Assembly (NCBI GenBank): GCA_964635325.1
Contig: CAZWOL010000001.1
Location: forward strand, 11,935 to 75,934
Length of the DNA: 64,000 nt
Origin: an uncultured Pseudobdellovibrionaceae bacterium
Lineage (GTDB): Bacteria; Bdellovibrionota_B; Oligoflexia; Oligoflexales; Bog-1112
Reading direction: 5' to 3'
Every line of letters starts with the position of its first letter. The stretch's first letter is position 1. A program made the position numbers and the translations under genes. The notes under the pieces are model-generated. The model ran no database searches, was not told where the DNA came from, and saw only the letters and a program-made list of their open reading frames with translations. Positions 11,119 to 20,187 of the stretch are shown here, piece by piece.

Positions 11119-11982
11119 TTACAGAGCTTCAGCACCACTTGTTATTTCAATAAGTTCCTTGGTAATCGCCGCTTGACGCGCTCGATTGTATTCCAAAGTC
11201 AGATCTTTAATCACTTTGTCAGCATTATTAGTTGCACTATCCATTGCTGACATTCGTGCAGCATGTTCCGACGTTGTTCCTTGTAGCAAGACTTGGTACA
11301 GATCATCTGCAAGCCTAGCTTCCAAAATATCTTCCACAAAATCTACGCTCATCGGTTCGACAAGAGTATTCAAATTCATTGCTGTTTTGTCTGGATTTGA
11401 GACAAAGGGTAAAAATGGTTCGATTTTTGCTTGTTGCGAAATCACATTATAAAATTTTGAAAACGCAACATAGACCGCATCCCACCTTCCATTTTTATAG
11501 TCAGCTATGATCTTATGAGCTTCATCTTTGCAGAAAAAATAGTTCGGTTTATCTAGCACTTTCGGAGTTGATGTTAAAACCTCAGAAAGTTTCCTTTTTT
11601 TGAAAACTTGTGCTTTTTTCCCCCACAAAAACAGCTCACTAACAACACCTTCTCCAGCCTTCTGTTGCAAAAAATTGTGAGATGCCTTCAATATATTGGA
11701 ATTCAAGGCTCCACAGAGACCTCGATCGGGTGTTACAACGATCAAAAGAATTTTTCGTTCTACCCGTTTTTTCATGAGCACGAGCTCTTCTTGATGCTTT
11801 TCCATCAATGGAGCTAAGTTTATGAGCATGCGATCCAGAGCATCTCCATAAGGTTTTGCTTTGCTAATGTTTTGATGGGATCGCGCAAACTTTGCAGACG
11901 AAACTAGCTTCATTGCTCGCGTAATTTTCTGCGTGTTTTTCGCGCTAACTATGCGTCGTTTCGTATTCTTCAAGCCGCTCAT
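11119..11982 (-). CDS. atpG: F1 ATP synthase gamma subunit
   Basis: N-terminal IKRRI.S.KNTQKITRAMKLV and C-terminal NRARQAAITKEL.EI.SGAEAL. The start overlaps the atpA stop (TAATG). Confidence 0.92.
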   Translation of the reverse strand: MSGLKNTKRRIVSAKNTQKITRAMKLVSSAKFARSHQNISKAKPYGDALDRMLINLAPLMEKHQEELVLMKKRVERKILLIVVTPDRGLCGALNSNILKASHNFLQQKAGEGVVSELFLWGKKAQVFKKRKLSEVLTSTPKVLDKPNYFFCKDEAHKIIADYKNGRWDAVYVAFSKFYNVISQQAKIEPFLPFVSNPDKTAMNLNTLVEPMSVDFVEDILEARLADDLYQVLLQGTTSEHAARMSAMDSATNNADKVIKDLTLEYNRARQAAITKELIEITSGAEAL

Positions 11983-13490
11983 TAGCTCATAAACTCCTTC
12001 TTATGCGCTTGAATAGCCTTCTTCAAGTCTGCTTCGACATCCGGTAATTTTGCTAAGTTTCTGATTTTATCAAGAACGCTTGCACAGTTTTTCTCAAGAT
12101 AGGAATGATATTCTTTTTCCCAAGAACGAATGTCTTGTAATTTAACATCGTCCAAGTATCCATTGGTCGCTGCATAAATTGTTGCAACCTGCAAAGCAAC
12201 ATCCAAGGGTTCATATTGAAACTGCTTCAAAACCTCGACCAATATGGCACCACGTCTCAGAGTCTTCTGTGTTGCTTCATCAAGGTCAGAACCAAATTGA
12301 GCAAAGGCCTTAAGCTCGTTATATTGCGCCAATTCAAGACGCAAACGTCCAGCAACGGCTTTCATCGTTGGAATTTGAGCAGCACCACCAACCCGCGAAA
12401 CCGACAAACCAACGTTCATTGCAGGCCGAATACCTGCAAAGAAGAGATCGGATTCAAGAAAAATCTGACCATCGGTAATCGAAATCACGTTTGTTGGAAT
12501 ATAAGCGGAAATATCTCCGGCCTGAGTTTCAATAATTGGAAATGCTGTTATGGATCCCCCACCAAGCTCATCATTGAGCTTACAGGCTCTTTCCAAAAGA
12601 CGACTGTGAAGATAAAAAATATCACCGGGATAGGCTTCACGACCTGGAGGTCTTCGCAAAAGGAGCGAGAGTTCACGATAGGCTGCAGCTTGTTTGGAAA
12701 GATCATCGTAGATAATGCAAACGTCTCGACCATTATCCCGAAAGTATTCGGCCATTCGACATCCTGCATAGGGTGCTAAAAACTGCTCCGGCGCAGGATC
12801 CAAGGCTGTTGCAGAAACAATGATACTGTATTCCATTGCCCCTGCATGTTGCAGGCGATTAAGAATTTGCGCTACTGTAGAGGCCTTTTGACCAATAGCA
12901 ACGTAGATACAAATAACATTGTTACCTTTTTGGTTGAGAATGGTGTCAATCGCAATTGCAGTTTTACCCGTTTGACGATCACCAATAATCAACTCACGCT
13001 GACCCTTACCAATAGGGGTCATCATATCTATACATTTGATCCCTGTTTGAAGCGGTTGCTGTACAGGTTTACGGGCAATGATGTCTGGCGCTTTACGCTC
13101 AACGATCTCCGTTGTTGTTCCACTAATTGGCCCCTTGCCATCAATAGGGATACCCTGCGCATTTACAACCCGCCCTAAAAGACCTTCACCAACTGGCACA
13201 GAGTTGATTTTATTAAGACGTTTTACAGTGTGACCTTCTTCAATGTTTTTACAAGAACCAAGAACGCAGATACCTACGTTATCTTCTTCTAAGTTGAGAA
13301 CAACTCCACGTTCTCCACTTGCGAATTCGACCAATTCCCCAGATCGTACATTTTCCATCCCGTAGACCCGGACAATTCCGTCACCAACAGTTAAGACAGA
13401 ACCAACTTCTTCCAGTTCTGCTTTTTTTCCATAATTTTTTATTTTTTCACTGATTATTCTTGTGACTTCTTCAACCCGAATTTTTTCCAT
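11982..13490 (-). CDS. atpA: F1 ATP synthase alpha subunit
   Basis: Walker A GDRQTGKT with conserved alpha-subunit blocks throughout. I chose the ATG at 13490 (MEKIRVEE, preceded by AGGGA) rather than the ORF start at 13580. Confidence 0.97.
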   Translation of the reverse strand: MEKIRVEEVTRIISEKIKNYGKKAELEEVGSVLTVGDGIVRVYGMENVRSGELVEFASGERGVVLNLEEDNVGICVLGSCKNIEEGHTVKRLNKINSVPVGEGLLGRVVNAQGIPIDGKGPISGTTTEIVERKAPDIIARKPVQQPLQTGIKCIDMMTPIGKGQRELIIGDRQTGKTAIAIDTILNQKGNNVICIYVAIGQKASTVAQILNRLQHAGAMEYSIIVSATALDPAPEQFLAPYAGCRMAEYFRDNGRDVCIIYDDLSKQAAAYRELSLLLRRPPGREAYPGDIFYLHSRLLERACKLNDELGGGSITAFPIIETQAGDISAYIPTNVISITDGQIFLESDLFFAGIRPAMNVGLSVSRVGGAAQIPTMKAVAGRLRLELAQYNELKAFAQFGSDLDEATQKTLRRGAILVEVLKQFQYEPLDVALQVATIYAATNGYLDDVKLQDIRSWEKEYHSYLEKNCASVLDKIRNLAKLPDVEADLKKAIQAHKKEFMS

Positions 13491-13583
13491 TTCGAAATCC
13501 CTATATTTTTCTGAAATGCCTCTCGGAACTATCCGCGAAAGAACCCGCACAGAAGGCACAACCACACAACCGAGATACACTCG

Positions 13584-14123
13584 CTATTTCATCACCCTAT
13601 CCACCATCGATCGCAAACTACAATCGAAGAGGAAATTGCCAACCTCAACAACGAAACCACCCAACAAATTTTTGTTGATTTCGCTTTTTATTAGAATTTT
13701 TTTTCCAAAAATAGCTCGTAGTTTTTCTTCAATTTTTGCCATCAAATCATCTGGCATTTGACGAGCAGAGCAAACAACGACATGTTTTTCATTTCGAAGC
13801 TCTGCCAATTGGGCAATATATGCTTTTGCCATCTGAGGGATCAAACCCTCTCGCTTAGCCTCAAGCACATTCATAATGAATTTTCGAAATTTTTCGTCAG
13901 CACCGCTAGCATCCAGGGCCAAACGCAAAAGATCCATCTTTAGTTCCACAGACATCGATGGATTCTTGATCACATCAGACGCTTCACGGATAGCAAATAG
14001 ATTGGTTAAAGCATCAAAAACTTTTTGATAGTGATCTTGTTTACTGGGATCTGCATCCTGAAGATCCTGCGTTAACAAGGCTCTTGCATATCGACTTGCT
14101 ATAAGATCAAGGCCCTTGGTCAT
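13584..14123 (-). CDS. atpH: F1 ATP synthase delta (OSCP) subunit
   Basis: 179 aa helical protein located between atpF and atpA, with the typical ASRYARAL N-terminus. Confidence 0.8.
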   Translation of the reverse strand: MTKGLDLIASRYARALLTQDLQDADPSKQDHYQKVFDALTNLFAIREASDVIKNPSMSVELKMDLLRLALDASGADEKFRKFIMNVLEAKREGLIPQMAKAYIAQLAELRNEKHVVVCSARQMPDDLMAKIEEKLRAIFGKKILIKSEINKNLLGGFVVEVGNFLFDCSLRSMVDRVMK

Positions 14124-14656
14124 CGTCTAGACCCCTCTGAGACTCTCGTGATTTTGCCAAGCTCGTGGATTTGACCCTCGATAAACGCTCGATCCCTATT
14201 TTCATCGAATTCTTTTTGCAGCCGCTCAACAAGAGTCGTTTTTGCGAGAGCTAAAGCTTCTGCCTCCAGTTGCTTTTTAGCCTCTAAAAACTCACCTTCC
14301 TGCATTCTTTTGGCATCTTCCAAAATTTGAGCAGCAAGTCTTTTGCCCTCGTTTACAATTTTCGTGGCATCTGCCTCTGCATCCGCTTTTGCTTTTGCCT
14401 TTAGCACTCGAATCTCTTCATCAAGACCTGCAAAACGTTTTTGTATAGCTTCGAGCTCGTGTTGGGCCTCATGAAGACTGTCGTTAGCTGTTTTAAAATG
14501 AGCTTCAAAACTCGCCTTGCGGTTTTGAGCAAAGTTCGCGAGTGGCTTTCTGGAAAAATAGACAAGTATACCTAGAAAAATTAGGAAATTGATATATGGA
14601 GCTACATACTCATAAATCCAATGATAGTTTTCCACACTTTCCCTTTCAGCGTGCAA
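14120..14656 (-). CDS. atpF: Fo ATP synthase subunit b
   Basis: A single N-terminal TM helix followed by a long charged coiled coil rich in A/E/K. It overlaps the atpH start by 4 nt. Confidence 0.75.
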   Translation of the reverse strand: MHAERESVENYHWIYEYVAPYINFLIFLGILVYFSRKPLANFAQNRKASFEAHFKTANDSLHEAQHELEAIQKRFAGLDEEIRVLKAKAKADAEADATKIVNEGKRLAAQILEDAKRMQEGEFLEAKKQLEAEALALAKTTLVERLQKEFDENRDRAFIEGQIHELGKITRVSEGSRR

Positions 14657-15077
14657 TCATCGCGTAAAACTCTTCTACAAATCTGCCCGCAAAAGACCGG
14701 ACCTTAACTCTCTCTTCTTGAAGATTCGCTCGCACATCGGCTCGAGCTGTGCGCACAAGCTCTGACATTTTTTTGTGAGCATCCGCTAGATCGGCCTCGC
14801 GAAGCTTCTTCGCGTTGACTTTTCCTTCTTCCTTAATGCTCCGCACCTCTTCGTGAGCCTTAGTTATCGCTACATGAACCTCACGAGACAAGCTAGCAAC
14901 TCGATTTTTAAGTTCCTCAGCTTTGCTATCAGCGCCCGTTGTAGCCCCATCACGAAGCTTCTTAAGCTTTAAATAAGGGTCTACAAAAAGACATTTGACA
15001 ACAACGATCTGAGAAACAAAAAACGCAGCTTGAATAGCCATTAGCTGCGGATTGGGAATTAAATTTAAATCAGACAA
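14646..15077 (-). CDS. Fo ATP synthase subunit b' (second b-type stalk subunit)
   Basis: Same architecture as subunit b (N-terminal TM helix plus charged helix). TTG start preceded by AAGAGG. It is the first gene after parB on the minus strand. Confidence 0.6.
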   Translation of the reverse strand: MSDLNLIPNPQLMAIQAAFFVSQIVVVKCLFVDPYLKLKKLRDGATTGADSKAEELKNRVASLSREVHVAITKAHEEVRSIKEEGKVNAKKLREADLADAHKKMSELVRTARADVRANLQEERVKVRSFAGRFVEEFYAMIAR

Positions 15078-15189
15078 AGCAAACCTCTTCGCTCGCTCTT
15101 GAATTGAATTTCACGACGAATTGGCAATGATAACAGTAATAATAACAAAGGAATTGATATAGCAAATCAAGCGAGTAGACAAGACGAGT

Positions 15190-16017
15190 TTAGTTGGCTG
15201 CTGAATCAAACCCTAAAAGGGTCAAGATGGCCTGAAATTCTTCGGGTGAAGAGTAGGAAAGTTCGATGCGTCCCTTTTTCAAATCACCTTTGATCGCAAC
15301 CTGCGCACATAAAATGGATTGAAGCGTATTCGATATGTAGTTTAAATCTGCATTGAAACGCGAGGGTCTTTTCGACGCATCCTCAACCTTCATTCGCTTG
15401 CACAGATTTTCTGTGTCACGAACACTCAAACCTCTCGCAAGTATAAGATTTCTTGCCTCAAGTATCTTAGTTTTATCACTCAAACCAGCAAGCGCTCGTG
15501 CATGTGCTGAGCTGAGTCTCCCGCGAGCAAGGTCATCGTGAATGGACTCAGGCAAGCTCAGTATTCGCAAAGCGTTTGTTATCGTCGTTCGATCTTTTCC
15601 AACTTTACGTGCGCATTCCTCTTGAGAATAACCAAATTGGTCAATCAAACATCGATAGCCCTTTGCCTCTTCAATAATATTCAAATCGCTTCGTTGAATA
15701 TTTTCAATCAAAGCAACACGAAGATGATCATGAGCCTCCATGTCTAATGTTCGCAAATGCACCGGAACCTTATTCAACCCAGCTAAGCGGGCAGCACGCA
15801 AACGGCGCTCACCTGCAATCACAAAATAACGATCACTCTCGAGAGGGCTTTTTGCTACCACCAAAGGCTGCAGCACCCCATCTTGTTTGAGGCTGCTTGC
15901 CAAATCCTGCAATGCTTGCGCATCAAACTCTCGCCTTGGTTGCCAAGGGTTTGGATCTATTTTATCAACAGATAGACTCAAGAACTTCGCTGGCACGGAG
16001 CTCGCATCATGTATCAT
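15190..16017 (-). CDS. parB: Chromosome partitioning protein ParB
   Basis: ParB-box motifs PNPWQPRREF and VIAGERRLRAARLAG (the GERRxRA CTPase motif), plus the HTH region SQEECARKVGKDRTTITNALRIL. No parA is adjacent. Confidence 0.9.
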   Translation of the reverse strand: MIHDASSVPAKFLSLSVDKIDPNPWQPRREFDAQALQDLASSLKQDGVLQPLVVAKSPLESDRYFVIAGERRLRAARLAGLNKVPVHLRTLDMEAHDHLRVALIENIQRSDLNIIEEAKGYRCLIDQFGYSQEECARKVGKDRTTITNALRILSLPESIHDDLARGRLSSAHARALAGLSDKTKILEARNLILARGLSVRDTENLCKRMKVEDASKRPSRFNADLNYISNTLQSILCAQVAIKGDLKKGRIELSYSSPEEFQAILTLLGFDSAAN

Positions 16018-16094
16018 AAAATTTGCCTATGATTTGAAAAAGAAGCTCACGTTACTGAGAACAATGCGCTAGCGCAAGAGCTAATCTCGCCACC

Positions 16095-16133
16095 TTGGGG
16101 GGGGGAAAACGCCATTATGCATCTCCCCCCCAA
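16095..16133. repeat. Homopolymer stem-loop: TT-G9 ... C7-AA with a loop of about 19 nt, in the atpE-parB spacer
   Basis: Read directly: ttggggggggg aaaacgccattatgcatct ccccccc aa. No U-tract follows the stem in either orientation. Confidence 0.5.
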
Positions 16134-16138
16134 AAAAA

Positions 16139-16450
16139 CTAACCAACCAACATGAAAGCAATGATAAAGGCAAGAAGAGCCTGGAACTCCATGAAAGCCA
16201 AGGCGATGATAAGAGGGACAAAAACATCTCCTCTAGAAGTCGGGTTGCGAGCTATCCCCTCTAGAGCTTTACTTGAAGCCAAACCTTGACCAAAAGCCGC
16301 ACCAAAAGCCCCCAGACCAATTGCCAGGGCCGCTGCCCATTTGTAGGAAGAGGTGGGAGCAGCAGCCATATCTTCAGCCAAAGCTAAAGAGCTGGTCAAA
16401 ACACCTGTCAGGACAGCCATACCGTTGAGAAATTTCTTTTCCATTTGCAA
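16139..16450 (-). CDS. atpE: Fo ATP synthase subunit c (with N-terminal extension)
   Basis: Helical hairpin AALAIGLGAFGAAFGQG ... ARNP ... ALAFMEFQAL with the conserved carboxylate (E). About 25 extra N-terminal residues resemble a signal peptide. Confidence 0.9.
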   Translation of the reverse strand: MQMEKKFLNGMAVLTGVLTSSLALAEDMAAAPTSSYKWAAALAIGLGAFGAAFGQGLASSKALEGIARNPTSRGDVFVPLIIALAFMEFQALLAFIIAFMLVG

Positions 16451-16463
16451 ACCTTTTCAAAAA

Positions 16464-17279
16464 TCAATGATCGTGAGAAATCGCCATATTGATATAAATG
16501 CCAGTTAGCATCGTAAAAACAAAGCTTTGTATTACGGCTACAAGCAGACCAAAAATCATGAGAAAGGATGGAACCAAAAATGGCACCAAACCTGAAAAAA
16601 CCCCAAGCAACAGATGGTCAGCATAGATATTGGCCGTCAAACGAAACGACAAGGAAAGAGGGCGGGCTAAGTGACTAATGGTTTCCAAAACTATGAAGAG
16701 TGGAGCTAAAGCTAAAAACGGTCCTGTGAACTGTTTGAAATACGACGCCCCATGCTCTGACAATCCAGCAAGATTGTAGAAGGCAAATACTGTGAGACCT
16801 ATTACCAAGTTTGCTGAAAAATTCTCGGTATTTGGAGGGAACCCTGGAATTAGCCCTGAGAGATTACTGATGAATATAAAAAGAAAAATGGACACAAGAA
16901 GTGGGAAGAACTTCGCATAAAGCTTGCCACACTGCTCTACCGTGATTTCATCAATAAATCCCATAATCATCTCAATCAACACACTGAGACTAAAACGCCC
17001 CTCAGGTGCAAGATGATTTTCGCTCAGCCGACGCTTGACGGAGGAGGCAAAAGCAAGACCCAATGCTAAAGTGATTAAAAAAGTGACAAAAGATGAAAAA
17101 AGCGGTGACCACTTAGCGTCAAGACTTAGAAACTTTAGTGCGCTAGCGTAAATATTGAGATGCCCCCCAGTATCTACAGACGCTAGCGAATCAACTGCAT
17201 GAGTTGCGGACGTCGCTATGACACTCACATGAGCTGCGATTTTTGACATTCGCATGGATAAACTTTCCTTCATCGACAC
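16464..17279 (-). CDS. atpB: Fo ATP synthase subunit a
   Basis: Polytopic membrane protein with the essential-Arg motif ARPLSLSFRLTANIYADH. Confidence 0.9.
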   Translation of the reverse strand: MSMKESLSMRMSKIAAHVSVIATSATHAVDSLASVDTGGHLNIYASALKFLSLDAKWSPLFSSFVTFLITLALGLAFASSVKRRLSENHLAPEGRFSLSVLIEMIMGFIDEITVEQCGKLYAKFFPLLVSIFLFIFISNLSGLIPGFPPNTENFSANLVIGLTVFAFYNLAGLSEHGASYFKQFTGPFLALAPLFIVLETISHLARPLSLSFRLTANIYADHLLLGVFSGLVPFLVPSFLMIFGLLVAVIQSFVFTMLTGIYINMAISHDH

Positions 17280-17288
17280 CTCTGCGTC

Positions 17289-17702
17289 TTACACATTAAA
17301 CGGCTCTTCTAACACCCGGTCCTGACTAAACCGATATTTCGTAATGACACCATAGTAAGCAATATGACCTGCTAAACCTAGCATTGCTCCAATAACAACA
17401 GCAAAGGCTCCTAAATGCAAGATATGAATCCCCACATAAGAGAGAAATAACAGGTTAAAACCCTTAATGAAGATTACAAGCAAAAGCGAAAGGCGATGTA
17501 TTAGTGTCTTGTGGGGAACGTTTGACAATGAATCTATTGCCGACAAAAGCACGACAAAAAGTGCTATATTAAGCACTAAAATCAGCGCTCCAAAAGCACC
17601 ACCCGAAAGGCAATGCAATTCAGAATGATTCAAAAATACTGCAAAAATACTGAGAACTGTAAAAGAAAATATACTAAGATCGCGAAAATATGCGGCCAAC
17701 AC
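17289..17702 (-). CDS. atpI: AtpI-like small membrane protein
   Basis: 137 aa with four predicted TM helices, lying directly upstream of atpB. Assigned by position and hydrophobicity only. Confidence 0.45.
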   Translation of the reverse strand: MLAAYFRDLSIFSFTVLSIFAVFLNHSELHCLSGGAFGALILVLNIALFVVLLSAIDSLSNVPHKTLIHRLSLLLVIFIKGFNLLFLSYVGIHILHLGAFAVVIGAMLGLAGHIAYYGVITKYRFSQDRVLEEPFNV

Positions 17703-18013
17703 TACGGTTTCTTTCTTTTCTCATCGAGTTCTATGATACGACGCCCCACCAAATAATAGGAGTGACCGATCACGAGAACACATGCGGGCCATACAACATA
17801 GTGCCACGGGAAAGTACTAAGATAGTGTTCTTTAAGATAACTTACAAGCTCGAAGGCAAGGCCCACCAAAAGCACCGCTTGACCGTTGGCCGCCATGAGA
17901 TATCCGAATGCTTTCAGCGCTTCTTTGTTTTTAGCCAAAAAGGCCACCCTTTCTTCCTTGTCCTGCTCTGAGCCGTATGCTAGCCTCAACCAAATAAGAG
18001 TGTCTCTTAGCAA
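17702..18013 (-). CDS. AtpZ/AtpR-like small membrane protein (putative F-ATPase gene-1 family)
   Basis: 103 aa with two hydrophobic helices. It is the first gene of the atp Fo cluster and overlaps the atpI-like start. Weak call. Confidence 0.35.
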   Translation of the reverse strand: MLRDTLIWLRLAYGSEQDKEERVAFLAKNKEALKAFGYLMAANGQAVLLVGLAFELVSYLKEHYLSTFPWHYVVWPACVLVIGHSYYLVGRRIIELDEKRKKP

Positions 18014-18073
18014 CCACTATCAAAGAATTGAGCGCACCGATGACGATTCTATCGTTAGGCGGACAGTTTTACC

Positions 18074-19969
18074 ATGAGAGAATTATTTCCGACTGAAAAT
18101 CCTATTTTTTCTTCTGCTGTAACAAACACTAAGAAACCATCTGAGAAAAACTCGTCATCATCTTTTGAAGCGAAGAAAATTTGGGAATTTATTTGCGACG
18201 AGCTCCATTCCCAACTCGGAGAGGATGTTTGTAAGAAGTGGATTTTTCCAATTCGAACGCAAGCTTCTCATGAAGATGAACTTATCTTAATAGTTCCATC
18301 CATCAGTTTTTATCAAATCGTTCTTCGAGACTACCTTGAGCTCATTGAAAGATGCAAAAACAAGCTTGGATTTGAACATATTTCTATTGTTATCGATCTC
18401 GATCGAGACACTCCAACTCCTGTTGTTGCCAAAGACAAAGAGCGTCACGGCTTATTTGATGACGCCGAATATGATTCTCTTCATAAAAAGTTAAAGTCGA
18501 AAAAAACAAAGTCGATTAAAAAAAAATCCCCCTCTGCTCTTGGAAGCTCATCTCTAGCAGTATCAAACCCCACATCAGAACAATTGAATGTTGATCAAGA
18601 AAATAAAAATCAACTTACAACTTCTACAAATTTTATCCTGGATGAAAACCCTGATTTTACCAACAAAACATCTGACAACACTCAGCCCAACGCACACATA
18701 TCATCAGACCAAATCTTTCACTCGAATCAAAATCTCTCACATGCTAGTTCAACAGATAACTCAGAACACCTTGACCCTGCTACAGTTGAGACAGAATCTG
18801 AGAGCGAACATCGAGAACGTATCGATGAAATTGTAGGTTGGGGAAAAATCGAAGCCGTTGAAGGCAGCGAAAAAGACAGTGCGGAACGACTACGATCAAG
18901 TTCAGATACACTTTTTTCACATTCCCTATCACGCAAAACAAAACTAAACCCTAACTATACTTTTGATACTTTTGTGCGTGGTCCGAGCAATCAATTTGCT
19001 CTTGCAGCATGCTATAATGTTGCTGAAAACCCTGGAAAAACCTACAACCCACTTTTTATATATGGCGCAACCGGATTAGGTAAAACCCACCTGCTCCATG
19101 CAGTCGGAAATCATATTATAAAAACAAATCCCAATGCTACCATTGCTTATATTAGCAGTGAGCGTTTTATGAACGAGCTAATTTACTGCTTGCGACATAA
19201 TAAAATTATCGATTTTCGTCAAAAATACCGACATTGTGACTTATTTCTCATGGATGACATTCAATTTATTTCTGGAAATAAGGCTGCAACGCAAGAAGAA
19301 TTTTTCCATACATTCAACACTCTCTATGAAGCAAAAAAACAGATTATTATCACCTCTGATTTGTTTCCTCAGGATATTCCAGATATTGAAGAACGACTTC
19401 GTAATCGTTTTCAATGGGGGTTGATAGCTGACATCCAACCACCAGATATTGAACATCGAATCGCAATTTTATACTCCAAAGCCGAACAACTTGGTATTCG
19501 ACTGAGCATAGATGTTGCTGAATACATTGCAAATCTAGTTCGAAGGAATGTTCGAGAACTTGAGGGAGCACTCCATCGTCTTGCAGCCTTTGCAGCCTTG
19601 CATGGCAAAACTTTGGACAAGACACTAGCAATGGAAACATTCAGCAATATGCTCTCTGAGGACTCCTCAAAACCTCAGATGATGATTGATGCTGTGCAAA
19701 AAATTGTTGCTGAACATTTTCAAATAAAGACATCTGATTTAAAATCCAAACGAAGACATAAAGCTCTTACTCTCCCAAGACAAGTAGCTATGTATTTGGC
19801 TCGTAAATTTACAAAAACATCCTATCCAGAAATTGGTGAAAAATTTGGTGGTAAAGATCACACGACAGTGATGCACGCTGTCCGAAAAATTACTTCTGAG
19901 CGGAAACGAAATATGGATTTAATGGTCCATCTTGAATCTCTTGAGCGTGTTTTAGAAAGGCTAAATTAG
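18074..19969 (+). CDS. dnaA: Chromosomal replication initiator DnaA (631 aa, expanded domain II)
   Basis: AAA+ Walker A GATGLGKTHLLHA, Walker B LFLMDDIQF, sensor/box VII motifs, and the C-terminal DNA-binding signature GGKDHTTVMHA. Confidence 0.97.
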   Translation: MRELFPTENPIFSSAVTNTKKPSEKNSSSSFEAKKIWEFICDELHSQLGEDVCKKWIFPIRTQASHEDELILIVPSISFYQIVLRDYLELIERCKNKLGFEHISIVIDLDRDTPTPVVAKDKERHGLFDDAEYDSLHKKLKSKKTKSIKKKSPSALGSSSLAVSNPTSEQLNVDQENKNQLTTSTNFILDENPDFTNKTSDNTQPNAHISSDQIFHSNQNLSHASSTDNSEHLDPATVETESESEHRERIDEIVGWGKIEAVEGSEKDSAERLRSSSDTLFSHSLSRKTKLNPNYTFDTFVRGPSNQFALAACYNVAENPGKTYNPLFIYGATGLGKTHLLHAVGNHIIKTNPNATIAYISSERFMNELIYCLRHNKIIDFRQKYRHCDLFLMDDIQFISGNKAATQEEFFHTFNTLYEAKKQIIITSDLFPQDIPDIEERLRNRFQWGLIADIQPPDIEHRIAILYSKAEQLGIRLSIDVAEYIANLVRRNVRELEGALHRLAAFAALHGKTLDKTLAMETFSNMLSEDSSKPQMMIDAVQKIVAEHFQIKTSDLKSKRRHKALTLPRQVAMYLARKFTKTSYPEIGEKFGGKDHTTVMHAVRKITSERKRNMDLMVHLESLERVLERLN

Positions 19970-20013
19970 CCTGTGGATAACCTGTGGATAACCTGTGGAT
20001 AACCTGTGGATAA
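19970..20013 (-). repeat. DnaA-box array L: (CCTGTGGATAA)x4, i.e. four perfect TTATCCACA boxes on the minus strand at 11-bp period
   Basis: Read directly. The array begins 1 nt after the dnaA stop codon. Confidence 0.95.
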
Positions 20014-20051
20014 CTTTGCACAAGAAATACACAGCAGTACGGCGATAAAAG

Positions 20052-20107
20052 TTATCCACAGGTTATCCACAGGTTATCCACAGGTTATCCACAGGGTTAT
20101 CCACAGG
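20052..20107 (+). repeat. DnaA-box array R: (TTATCCACAGG)x4 + G + TTATCCACAGG, i.e. five perfect TTATCCACA boxes on the plus strand
   Basis: Read directly. Positions 20052-20095 are the exact reverse complement of 19970-20013. Confidence 0.95.
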
Positions 20108-20187
20108 AAGGCAAATGTCGCCGTCAATAATATCAATTGGTTAAAGGCGTTTTGCACAAAAAATAAGCGCCCCCATATCTACTACTG

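Noticed and set aside
15991-16006. Sigma-54-like element TGGCACGGAGCTCGCA (correct GG-N10-GC spacing)
   Set aside because: It lies on the plus strand inside the 5' end of the minus-strand parB CDS, with no plus-strand gene downstream. A single near-match like this is plausible by chance.
19970-20107. Short tandem repeats that could superficially be mistaken for a CRISPR or other repeat array
   Set aside because: The units are 11 bp, directly abutting with no spacers, and each is a perfect DnaA box. They lie between dnaA and dnaN, and no cas genes are present in the window.
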